Assembly: GCF_009914755.1 (NCBI RefSeq) | Contig: NC_060938.1 | Strand: one strand, 5' to 3' | DNA: 64,000 bases | DNA from: the human T2T-CHM13v2.0 reference genome, Homo sapiens | Shown: positions 1 through 24,848 of the stretch, in pieces | Layout: each line of letters starts with the position of its first letter | Position numbering within the stretch: position 1 is the first letter of the stretch | Translations under genes and position numbers: made by a program | Notes under the pieces: generated by a model | What the model was told of the DNA's origin: nothing | The model's database searches: none | Seen by the model: only the letters and a program-made list of their open reading frames with translations

Positions 1-333
1 AAAAAACAAACCGAAAAGAAAAGAAGTAAGAAAATACAAACTTTATCATCTGTACTCTGGACTTCCTGGACCACTGTCATCATACAGAAGAACACACTTT
101 ATGAAAGCTTTATTTTGTGAAGCTATAAAAACCCCCTTAAAATCCACTGTTCCCATAAAGACGTCTTAGTCTCTGCCGGGGAGTATACAGAGACTCCATA
201 TTTTCCACATCTTACAGACTAAAAAGCAAAACTTCTATTCTTAAAAAGAGAAGGGGCAGAAGTCAGTCACAAATATATTTAAAATAAATAATAATTATTT
301 TTAAAGTCATCCACAAAAACACTGATAAAAGAG

Positions 334-863
334 TTGGTGTGGTGGTGTGCATCTGCAGTCCCAGCTACTTGGGAAGGCTGAGGCTGGAGGATTGTTTGAG
401 CCCAAGAGTTCAAGGCTACAGTGCATTATGATCGCACCTGTGAATAGCCACTGCACTCTAATCTGGGCAACATAGCTTTGAGACCTTATCTCTTAAAAAA
501 GAGTGATGAAAGAAAACCTCTCTATAATGAGAGGCAGAGAAAAAAAATGCTTATAGAACATCTGTTAAGTAGACCAGACATAGTGGCTGACACCTGTGAT
601 CCCAACATTTTGGGAGGTTAAGGTGGGAGGACTGCTTGACTTTAGGAGTTTAAGACCAGCCAGGCAACATAGCAAGACCCCATCTCTACAAAAAATTTTA
701 AAATTAGCCAGGTGTGGTGAGTGGCATGTGCCTGTAGTCCCAGCTACTGACTTGAGCCCAAGAGTTTGAGGTCACAGTGAGCTGATCATGGGACTGCGCT
801 ACAGCATAGGCAACAAAGCAGGACCCTGTCTCACTCAAAAACAAAACGCAACAAAACAAAAAA
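334..863 (+). mobile_element. Alu monomer (334-500) and AluJ (571-863)
   Basis: Alu consensus motifs and A-rich tails. Confidence 0.85.
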
Positions 864-1051
864 CTTCAAAATAACACATAATGTAAATAAGCATGCATAT
901 GTAGCCTATTTGAACTGGTTCATTAATACATTTTATGCCAGCTTGGTACTGTTTCTAAAATTTTGTTCTACAAACATAGTTTTGCTTTACCACAAAACCT
1001 AAATTTATAGAAATAAAAATTATAAATAAGAGGTAGTACCTAACAGAGTAC

Positions 1052-1233
1052 TTGCTCTGGATTGAACTATGTACCCTGAAAATTCATATGTTGAAAACCT
1101 AACCCCCAGTGTGGTTGCACTTGGAGAGAGGGCCTTTAAGGAGGTAAAGTTACATGAGATCATGTGAATGGGCCCAATTGGCTGTTAATTAAGCCACCCA
1201 GTCTGGTTATTGCAGCCTTGGCTGACTAATGTA
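1052..1233 (+). mobile_element. MLT1A-like MaLR LTR, internally deleted
   Basis: 5' end tgctctggattgaac...aattcatatgttgaa..cctaaccccca; 3' end aagccacccagtct...gactaat. Confidence 0.7.
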
Positions 1234-1288
1234 GCACTGTATATGACAATGTTTGCTCATGAAAGAATAAAGAAATAACTTTAACTTA

Positions 1289-1678
<390 letters not shown>

Positions 1679-1925
1679 TTAGAAAAAGTTAAGGTAAACC
1701 ACAAAGACTCACTAATGAATGAAAGCAAAAATTAAACATTACTGAAATTATACATTTTTAAATAGCAGTACTATTTATGAAAATTTATAAAAATTCAATT
1801 TACATATAACATTTTCACAGTCATCTAATGGACAAAATAAAACACACTTGTACTTCAATGTACATCCAAATTAACTCCAGGATACAAGGTGATATGTAAT
1901 AATTAATGAAAAATGTTAAATGATC

Positions 1926-2460
1926 TGTATTAACCATAGGTTTTTGATGCTTATACCTCTGGGGCTTTACTGACTCTAGAGTGAATATGTCCTTCCCAGG
2001 GCTAGCCAGTTCCTAGAGACAGTAAGTGACTAGCCTGTGAGCATGCCTTTCATATTCAAACCAACCAGTCCAGAGCCCACACCGCTACCACCTCCTCCAC
2101 ACTCACATTCAGGGTGACTGCTCCTCTGTCCTAATTACAAAGGGGCTGGGTACCAGACAACTAGGGACAACTCTTAACAATCTACAGCCCACTGGAATTA
2201 TTCAAACTAGCTAATCCTAAACTTGCTTAATCTGGGTTGCCTGTTTCTTCCCATAGAAACCATAATAAAGACTCTTGCCCATGTTTTCCCCTGTTCTCTC
2301 TGCCTCCTGACCAACTCTGGTGCTTCCCCCACATAGCCCTTGTGGCATGGCATGCCCCTTCCTCTTGGGAACTGTGAGTAACAAACTATTATTTCAACAG
2401 CTTTCTTGATCTGCTGACTTCACCATACCTGAATAATAATAAAAGCTATGTTTTAAAGCA
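1926..2460 (+). mobile_element. MER39-like ERV1 solo LTR
   Basis: TG...CA termini; cccagggctagcca.ttcctagaga and aaaccaacca.tccagagccca motifs; AATAAA near 2264. Confidence 0.7.
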
Positions 2461-2521
2461 TTGCCTTGGATTACCCAGTTAATGAATGCACAGACATTTG
2501 AAAAAATACACTAAGAGACTA

Positions 2522-2746
<225 letters not shown>

Positions 2747-3985
2747 CTAAAATAAAATGAAAATAGACAGTATTTTTATTTATAATGGAAATATTTTCTT
2801 CCTTTGAAAAACAAAGTTCTCTAGATGATGACAACAGAATGATACTTTCGAGAGGCAGGGTAGGGAAGGAAGGGGAAGTTGAGGAGAAGAGAGACAGCAT
2901 CTATTGAAATCATTATTTAGAAATACAAATGCATGGATTTTTAACAAGTATAGAATGAACTTGTTCTCTATTTAAAGCCATCAGGTAATTTTTATTCTGT
3001 AAGTTCCATTTATAAAAATTAGAAAATCTTTTCCTTCTTGTCTACTTCCCTCCTTGCCTACCTCCCATCACCACTAGTCTAAACCAAGAAGCGAGAGAGA
3101 GCAATGACTGTTAGTGGTGAGAATGAGTTTGGTAAAAGGAGGAATGGTTATGGGGATCCTGGCACACTGCGAATTCAATGTTCTTGCCCCTGAAAAGTTC
3201 TGAAATTATTAAAATTATTAAGTTACAATTAAATTATTAAAAATAAAATGATTTAATTTAAATAAAAATTATTTAAAACCTCTCTGCAATTATCTCATGT
3301 ACTTATTATTTGATTCTAAGCTCCAAGATACCAACTTTGTTCTACTCTATTAAAGCATCTAAAACAATACCCTGTACACAGAAGACAATAAATATTTTAA
3401 CTGATTAATGAACATTCTCTCAGCATAAAAACAGTAAAAGAGAAATAGAGGAAAATTCAATCTCTGACAAGCAAAACACTTAGTCTTCCACTAACCTAAC
3501 CTCACTGATAGCTTTGTAAATTACCTTACCAGAGCTTGTTCATGGCCACTGTCAAAGGTATTCAACTGCTGTTACTTTCATGGTTCAGCCAGATAACAGG
3601 AGAAAAGCTACAGGAAGGCTTATTCCTTTGTACTTTTATACCCAAGCCATGATGCCAAAAGCACCTGTAATAATGTTACTTTACCTAACCTACAGCAAGA
3701 TATTTTCGGAATGGGCAGCTTCTCTTACTACAGTACAATGGCATAATGAAAAAGAAACAAAAATGTTTATATATATATGTGTATCTCCCCTACTTCCCTC
3801 TACATCTAATAGTGGCTATGGTGGAATGAAGAATAATCTGTTGAATGACTAAACAATGTTTTCCTTCTGGGGACCATAAAGAGGAAAGATTGCTGGTGAA
3901 TGAGTCCATTGAGTGGCAAAGTACAACAGTTTTTTCAATGTCCCCAGTCAACCTAGAATGGTTTGTCAAACAAACTCTTGCTACG

Positions 3986-4295
3986 TTTTTTTTTTGTTTT
4001 TGTTTTTGTTTTTAAGATACAGTCTCACTCTGTCGCCCAGGCTGGAGTGCATCGGCTTGATCTCAGCTCACTGCAACCTCTGCCTCCAGGGTTCAAGCAA
4101 TTCTCCTGCTTCAGCTGCCCAAGTAGCTGTGAGTACAGGCACGTGCCACCACGCCCGGCTAATTTTTGTATTTTTAGTAGAGACAGGGTTTCACTATGTT
4201 GGCCAGGCTGGTCTCAAACTCCTGGCTTCAAGTGGTCCACCCACCTCAGCCTCCCAAAGTGCAGAGATTACAGGCGTGAGCCACTGCACCCAGCC
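3986..4295 (-). mobile_element. AluS
   Basis: Full dimer, TSD tcttgctac. Confidence 0.92.
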
Positions 4296-4449
4296 TCTTG
4301 CTACATTTTAAGGGAACTCACTTCAATTAAATAAACTGAAGACAATTCAAAGATCTTTAGGAAAAAGCTTAGGTAGGAAAAGTGTTAACAGGTGGGATGT
4401 ATGTTCTACTCAGTATTTTTAAAGTCATGGAAAGTAAACATAGTTGTAC

Positions 4450-4493
4450 CTTTAAGGAGTTTCCTGTGTGAAGTAGCTTCTTTAAAATCAATC
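4450..4493 (-). CDS. RALGAPA1: RALGAPA1 exon 5 (44 nt, GLILKKLLHTGNSLK)
   Basis: Acceptor TTTTCAG, donor AAG|GTACAA; cumulative 369 nt, in frame. Confidence 0.94.
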
Positions 4494-4939
4494 CTGAAAA
4501 GAAAATATGATTTTAAATATTCACATCTTATCTATTTGTAAATGTCAGAGTTCTCGGTCGGACTTGAAAACACTTTTAAATAAGTCCTTGGCAACCTCCA
4601 AATTATTCTTGGTGACCTTTATATCCTTCTGCCATACTTGGGATCAGAAGGGCATATAAAAAGAATCACCTTTTCAACACATGCTTTATTGCAATTAAAC
4701 ATGATTTATTTTATTAACAAAACCTAGGCCCGAAATTGCATTTAACACAACAATCTATTATAAATCTCTTATTTAGACTAAGAATAAAATAAAATACTTT
4801 TATCACTATCCAAATGAAATCCACTATAGAAAATTTTCATTTAGTTAACCACATGAACATCCTTAACTGTAATATTTCCTAATGAATATTTCCATTATAC
4901 TAATTTTCTAAGTTTTGAAAAGTCATTAATATTTCCTTT

Positions 4940-8879
<3,940 letters not shown>

Positions 8880-9145
8880 AAAAATTATTGCCTTTATACT
8901 ATCAAGTTTATTTCCTATGAATATTGCATAAAATTCTGTTTATTCAAGTCCTTTCTTGTTCTTCAATGATCACATAATTGCCATACATTAATAATTTTTA
9001 TTGAATATACAACATGCTAAAATTTATGGGATGGATATAAGGCAAAGCTTAGAGGGAAATTTATAGTTTTAAATACCTATATCAGAAAAGAAGAAAGCTA
9101 TCAGATTAATATTCTATGGTTACATCTTAAAAAAACTAGAAACAG

Positions 9146-10812
<1,667 letters not shown>

Positions 10813-10992
10813 TAAAATATCAAAGACTAGAATGGAAAACAAGAAAATAGAAAGCAGAAAAAGTATAAAGAAAATCAATGATATCAAAAGTTTGTTCTTT
10901 GAAAAGATCAACAAATATGACAAATAGTTAGACTGGCCAATAAAATAGGAGAGAAGACATAAATTAACAAAATCAAGGATGAAAGCGGATAT

Positions 10993-11374
10993 AGCCATTA
11001 AAAAGAATGAAATCATGTCCGGTGCAGCAACATTTAGCAACATGGATACAGCTGGAGGCCATTATTCTAAAGCAAATTAACATGGGAACAGAAAATCAAA
11101 TATCATATACTCTCATTTGTAAGTGGGAGCTAAACACTGGGTACTCATGGACGTAAAAATGGCAATAATAGACATTGGGAAGTACTAGAGGGACAAGGGT
11201 TGAAAAACAGTTAGGTACTATGTTCACCACCTGGGTGACAGGATCAGTCATACCCTAAACCTCAGCATCATGAGATATACACATGTAACAAACCTGCATA
11301 TGCATCCCCTGAATCTAAAAATAAAGTTGAAACCATTAAAGAATAAATAAAAAGTTTATGTAATATTAAAAAAA
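10993..11374 (+). mobile_element. L1PB-like 3' end nested in older L1
   Basis: gccattaaaaagaatgaaatcatgtc...cctgaatctaaaaataaagttg, A-tail; degenerate TSD at 10975-10992 and 11375-11392. Confidence 0.75.
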
Positions 11375-12679
11375 AAGAATGAAAGGGGACATCACTATTG
11401 ACCCTATAGGAATCGAAAGGATTACTCTAAGGAATAACTTGAACAACTTTCTACTAACAAATTTGTTCCTAGAAAGAAACAAATTATCAAACTGACTCAG
11501 AGAGATATATAAAATCTGAATAAACCTATAACAAGAAATTGAAGTAATAATTACAAATATCACAAAGAAAAGTCCAAGTACAAATGGTCTCACTTTTGAA
11601 TTTTATCAACTATTTAAAGAAGAAAATGTTACCTACCACTCATTCACAAACTGTTTCAGAAAACAAGAGGGACCACTTCTAAACTTCTATAGCTATCTTA
11701 ATAGTAAAGCCAAATAAAGATTGACAAACTACAATACAATATTCCTCATAAACAGAGAGGCAAACTGAAGTAAGCAACAAATAAAAAGGACTATAAATAG
11801 TGAGTAAATAGGATTTACCTCAGGTATGGAAAGTTGGTTTAACATTTGAAAATCAATTAGTAAAATACATAATATTAATAGAATAAATGACAAAAGCACC
11901 AATGACACTGATAATGATCGCATCAATAGATGGAGAAAAAGCATTTGGCAAACTACAATGCACATTTATGATTAAAAACTCTCAAACTAGAAACAGAACT
12001 TCTTCAACTGGATAAAAGGCATCTACAAAAACACTACAGCTAAAATCACATATAATGGTGAAGACTGACCATTATCTTTCTCCCTGAAATCAGGAATAAT
12101 GCAAGAATGTCTGCTCTTTCTTGCCACTTTTATTTAATATTGTACTGGAGGCACAATAAACAGAAAAGAAAGAAAGAAGAAATCAAAGGCATCTGATTAA
12201 AAAAAAAAGTAACTGTACTCATTCACAGATGATATAACCCTACAGTAGAAAATCCAAAGGAATATACAATAAAACAAATAGAACTAGCAAACAATAAGTA
12301 AATAAACTAGAAACAACACAAATGTCCATTCTATTTAGCACTTTGCATTTTTCTTCCATCTCTGATTCATAGAGATTTCTGATATCAGGAGATATTTGTC
12401 TTGATGCTAATCTTGCTTTTTTGTTTTATAGTTTTATCATCAATGTTAATGTATCAGAATAAAGGAAGCAGTGGATCCAAAAATTTCCTATGGCATTTTG
12501 ACTGCAAATCCTTCATCTATAATTTTTCTTATATTCCTAGTCAATCTGTTCTTGTATTCTTTATTTTCTTTTTATTAAAGCATCACCTATTAATTCATTT
12601 CAACTAACAACCCATTAAAGAACATTTTTCATATATTATCCTTTGTTTCAAATATGAAATACATATTTGAATTACTTAC

Positions 12680-12737
12680 CAATACTATGAAACTGCCATC
12701 GCTGATGAATTCTTTCTGGAAGAAGTTGTAAAATTTT
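12680..12737 (-). CDS. RALGAPA1: RALGAPA1 exon 4 (58 nt, KILQLLPERIHQRWQFHSI)
   Basis: Polypyrimidine tract and TTTTTAG acceptor, donor G|GTAAGT. Confidence 0.95.
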
Positions 12738-12740
12738 CTA

Positions 12741-14092
<1,352 letters not shown>

Positions 14093-14339
14093 CAGAGAGC
14101 AGGATTTAAAATTTTAGGAGCCCTGTAGTTAAGCTAACATATATAGGTTTCCATTAATTGGTAATAAAATCTTTACACAAATATGTTCAAAATTCTGCCT
14201 TTTATTTCCCTTAATATTATACCTGTTTGGATTATTCTCGATCAAGAGCTACCTTACTGCTAAACAGTGCTCTCAATACTCATCCACTTGCTGAATGACA
14301 TTTTTGTGTGTTTGCTGTTATTGCTGTTCTTACTATTAT

Positions 14340-14570
14340 TTAGAACTCCATTAAATGAATGCTAATAAGGGCCAAACACTAGGCACTTTATTATATATGT
14401 ATATTAATTAATATACCTTGCATTAATCCTTGCAATCATTCCAAAAGGAGGGTTTATCTCATTCAACAAATGAAGAAATGGGTTAAGTAGTGCACTTAGG
14501 TTACAAAGCTAGAAAGTGAAAGAACAGAGGTTCCAAATTCAATACGCCTATTTCTAAAACCTCTGCCTTG
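14340..14570 (-). mobile_element. MIR
   Basis: caaatgaagaaatgg...ttaagta...ggttaca.agctag.aagtg core. Confidence 0.55.
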
Positions 14571-15644
14571 ATAATATACTGCTCAAATGATGACATGCAT
14601 ATTTTATATTTCCTTGTCTTCTCGTTGATATCATCTTCTTTAGTAAACCCCATATGAAAGGATGATAAAGAAATTTTAAAGTTCTACACAGATAAATGCT
14701 GGTCCCACATGAGACACATAAACTCTTTTACCTTTGTCCTCCCTATGTCTCCCACAGCTGGCCAACAACTGCATAATTATATTTATTTTTGTATAGAAAG
14801 AGATAAACTTATAGAAAAGTTGAAAAGACAAATTTGTAAACTATTCAAAAGCATTTCTAAATTACAACTAATAATTATACTTTAGATTTAGCCCCTTATA
14901 TTTTTATATGGTAAATAAAAGATTAAAGAGATTACATGTGCCCTAAACTGCACAGAATATAAAACCTCTACCATATTATTAGTAACAACACATAATGATG
15001 CTTTTTATTCCAGAAGAAGGAAATCATTTTATTTCTGATTTCTTTTTCATCATCAGTTTCTAAAGGTAGAGGCCCCCTACTATAAGTAGAACGTCAGCAC
15101 AAAAATCAAATGATTTTTTCAAAAGATGAAAACCTGGTATCTCAGATCTTTTTTCTAATAAAATTTAGTGATCCATTAAAGACAAACATTTCTATGTAAA
15201 GAATAAAAAATAATCAATATATATTACATATAGAAAAATAGTTATTTTTACATATAAGGAATACTCCAAAAGGGCTTCTATTAACTAATCAATCATCTCA
15301 GTTTCCTGAATCTAAGGCAAGCGTAAACATTTGAAGGAATACTTTCCAAGAATCATTAGCTTGCTTTCTCTGTGGATATTTTTATTCTTTCTCAAAGCAA
15401 CTACGTTTCAATATTCCCCTTGTGAACAGTTCATGCAAACACTTCAGGAAGTAATATAATCAAATTCCTCAGGGGTCACGACTAATGAAAATTAACTGCA
15501 GAACAGATACTAACATCAGCGTTACTACTGTTTGGAACTCTTAAAAAAAATTCTTTTTTTCCCCCCTTAACTAAATCAACAGCTAAGAGACATATAAATG
15601 AGGTTGTTCAAATTCTAAATTACATCAAAATACTAAAGAGTGAA

Positions 15645-15953
15645 TTATTATTATTATTATTATTATTATTTTTGAGACAGGGTCTCACTCTCTTGCCCAA
15701 GAGTGCAGTGGCACAATCACGGCTCACTATAGTTTCGACCTCCTGGGTTCAAGGGATCCTCCCACCTCAGCCTCCTGAGTCACTAGCACTACAAGCGCCT
15801 GCCACCACCATGCCTTGGCTAACTTTTTTGATTTTTAATAGAGACTAGGTCTTGCAGTGTTGCCCAGGCTGGTTTCTAACTCCTGAGCTCAAATGAACCT
15901 CCCACCTCAGCCTCCGAAAGTGCAGGGATTACTTTGAACCACCACATACAGCC
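15645..15953 (-). mobile_element. AluJ with (TTA)n tail
   Basis: TSD aagagtgaattat. Confidence 0.88.
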
Positions 15954-16743
15954 AAGAGTGAATTATCTTTAATTAGCACCAGACAGAATAGCTCAATCTT
16001 CAGAAACTGATTTCCAAATTATTTTCTATGCATATTCCTGGCTTTCTACAGGTCTCGAAATTCTCAGTGAAGATCAGAATACTCCTATGACTGTTTATCT
16101 GTTTACTTTGAAAGACAATAAAGAGCAAGGAGTTATTTTAAAAGGGGAGTAAAAGGGTCTTAATTTTTAAGTGTGCTAAAAATTAAAAAAAAAAACTAGC
16201 AGAGCATCAAAATTTTGTTCATTTACCTATGAGCTATGTTTCCTGACTTTTATTTATAAAGACTTGCCCCATTTCCAATCTAATGTAAAATGACAATTTT
16301 TAAAATATTTAAGACTATTTTAAACAAGTTTGCAATGAAAAGCAGTGAACCAAGAAACAATAAATCCCTTAGGCACATAAAAGTTACAGGAATATACCTT
16401 CTTAGGTAAGAATGTTTTGGAGTTAAAACAAAATCAAATTTTCCATTTCAGTAAACCTTCGACAAATTAAAATCTTCATTGTTTGCAAACACACTGAATA
16501 TCATACCAATTTTGTGGTGTCAAATGTATAAAAACATAATTATATCTGTACCAAAAAGTAATACATTGTACCTCAAAAAGTATAGGATTCAGTCAGGCAT
16601 ATTTAAAAAATTTAGATTTAGTTCTTAGAAAGGCTGGCAAATTCAGAGTGTTTCATTACATGTTTTATAATTTAAATATATTCCTTTGTATGTTCCAAAA
16701 ATTATTTTTGAAAAAGGGAAAAGTTAGGTTCAGAAGCACTTAC

Positions 16744-16793
16744 CTCAAAAATAAAAAGTATAGCATCCAATTCCTCTCTTTGAGACTTGTGAC
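16744..16793 (-). CDS. RALGAPA1: RALGAPA1 exon 3 (50 nt, GHKSQREELDAILFIFE)
   Basis: Acceptor GTTTTAG, donor GAG|GTAAGT; cumulative CDS 267 nt, in frame. Confidence 0.95.
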
Positions 16794-17235
16794 CTAAAAC
16801 ATTTTTATAAGAAAACATTTAAAACATATCATTTTGTCCTCATAATGAACTTAAAATATTTCAAGAATGAAGGTTTTTTTTTTCCCAGCAATTATTTAGT
16901 AAAATGTTTAAAGCATATTCCATTCATTGTGTAGACAATATCACAGTCACTCTCTTTACTCTTTTGAGTACTGTAATTAAATTTAGGTTCCACATATTTA
17001 TGTCTAGAAACAAATCATGATATATTACAAAGAACTTCAAATAAGCTCTGAAAATGAAAATATGAAAATGACTGCTCAAATGTGACATATGCTCCTAGGG
17101 CAGAACCAAAGAAGGCACAATGAGGGAACAAATCAACCTGACCAGTGAAAAAGCAAATCTTCAAGCCATTGTAAAGTAATAAGGATAGTAATACTAACCC
17201 ATCAGTTGTCTTTAAAATACAGGTCACTAGACCTA

Positions 17236-17508
<273 letters not shown>

Positions 17509-17766
17509 TTATTTACATGTATGTTAAATCAAGTTTAGCAAATATTCAGCGACAAGTTTCCTTCAAAGTCAAAGAACTGCTCCTAAAATTCTATTCTATT
17601 AAAATATTTACAATATATATTTCTATGTCTATATCCTCGTTCTTAAAACTTTAGTCTTTGCCGATTTTAGTTTTAATTTTAAAAACTGATCAAGAAAACA
17701 ATAGCTCAGAAAAACTTATTCAAAATCATTAATCATACCAAAAAAAGAAGTTAAGTTCTATTTTCA

Positions 17767-18144
<378 letters not shown>

Positions 18145-18544
18145 TTATAATGTCTGAAATATATTTATTCTGTAAATAGGTACCTAACAATAGGCTTTGT
18201 AAATAGGTACTTAGGGATTAAAAAGCTCAAACACAGACAGTACTGCTCTAAAGAAACTGTCAGTAAGAGCAGGGCATGCAAAATTAAATGAATAACTATA
18301 TGAACAGTAGAAGTGTTAGTACTAAAAGTGAGATGTCAAAGTATATGGCAGTTTAGAAACACAAGAGTACTTTCAAAGCTCAATAAAGCACAAAGGTGGG
18401 GAAAGAAAAAAGGCCTGACAGAGTACATAATATCTGAAAAGACTTTTAAGGACAGGAAGAACACTAGACATAAAGTGGTGGAGTTGAATGGAAAGGGCAT
18501 TCAAGGCATAAAAAATACATGGAGCAAGAAAAACGTGAGGTATG

Positions 18545-18968
18545 CATGTATACACATGTAACAAACCTGCACGTTGTGCACGTGTACCCTAGAACTTAGA
18601 GTATAATAAAAATTTTTTTTAAATTTACTATTTACTATGAAGCTTTAAAAAAAAAAAGTCAAAGTGGCCTGGTTCTCTCATAATCTCTGAGATCCAGATT
18701 GGAGAACTGTAGTTTCTGGGTCCCTCTTGGAAGAGATTAGCAAATGCATAATCAGCAATCTGTCTCAATCAGTGCTGTCTCCTAGAAATATAATGCAAGC
18801 CACAAATATTAGCTACATATGTGATTTTAAATTTCCTTGTAATCACATTTTAAGAAATAAAATGACACGGGGAAATTAATTGTAATAATATATTTTGTTA
18901 ACAAAATATATTTAAGATACCATTTTTAAGTGCTACCAATAAGAACCTATTAACGAAAAACAAAAGAA
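18545..18968 (+). mobile_element. 5'-truncated L1PA (approx. PA4-PA6) 3' end with 3'-transduced flank
   Basis: L1 terminus catgtatac..gtaacaaacctgcacgttgtgcac..ccctagaactt..gtataataaaaa (18545-18612), then 343 bp of non-L1 sequence and an A-tail; perfect 19-bp TSD. Confidence 0.85.
18770..18955 (+). mobile_element. MER33/MER3-like hAT-Charlie fragment (inside the transduced segment)
   Basis: cagtgctgtc..tagaaatataatgc.agccaca...gtgattttaaattt matches the recalled MER33 5' part; cut off at the A-tail. Confidence 0.7.
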
Positions 18969-19294
18969 AAGAAAAACGTGAGGTATGATAGTATCCAGAA
19001 AAATAATCCATTTTGGCTAAAGCTTAGAGCATTTTAATAAAAATAAACAAGTAGACTTGAGATATGCTTGCATGTACTTATGCATATGTATATGTATTTA
19101 TGCATAGAAGATACCAAACAACTAGGCAGCGTTACCTCTAGGGAGCATGACTAGTTTTATTGTTGCTTAGCTCATTTTCAGTGTAAGTGAGAATGCTGGT
19201 GAAAAAGAGTGGAGAAATTCTACTTTATGTACTTCCTACTATTCCAAATTGTTTACAAAAAGCACATTACTTCTCTTACAATACAAAATAGAAT

Positions 19295-21856
<2,562 letters not shown>

Positions 21857-22547
21857 TATTGCTAGAGAAGAAGGACATTTTATAATAGTTAAAGGGTTAA
21901 TCTTTTAAGAAGATATAACAATTGTGAACATATATGCACTTAACAACAGAACTCCCAACCCCCAAAGCAGAAACTGAACAGAACTGAATTGAAGGAATAT
22001 ACACACAATTCAACAATGGTAATTTAAGAGTCAACACTCTACTTTCAATAATGAATAGAACTAGACAGAAGGGAAAATAGAAGACCTAAACAATACTATA
22101 ATGCAACCAGATCTAACAGACATCTATCGAATGCCCATCTAACAACAAAAGAATACAGTCTTTTCAAATGCACATGGTATACTATCCAAAATAGACCATA
22201 TGTAAGGCCATAAAATAAACTTCAGTAATTTAAAAGGACTGAAGACAAAGTATGTTATCTGGCCACAGTGGAATGAAATTAGAAATCAATAACATAAGGA
22301 AATTAAGAAAACTCACAAATATGTGGAAATTTAGCAATACACAACTAAATAACCAATTGGTCAAAGAAAAATCACAGGAGAAGTTAGAAAATCTTTGAGA
22401 TGAATGTAAATGAAAATACAACATACCAAAACTTATGGCATCCAGCTAATCCAGCGCTGACAGAAAAATCTATAGCTTTAAATTGCTATATGAGAAAGAA
22501 ATCTGAAAATCGAACCATAATGTTCCACCTTAGGAAGTAAGACCATT

Positions 22548-24848
<2,301 letters not shown>

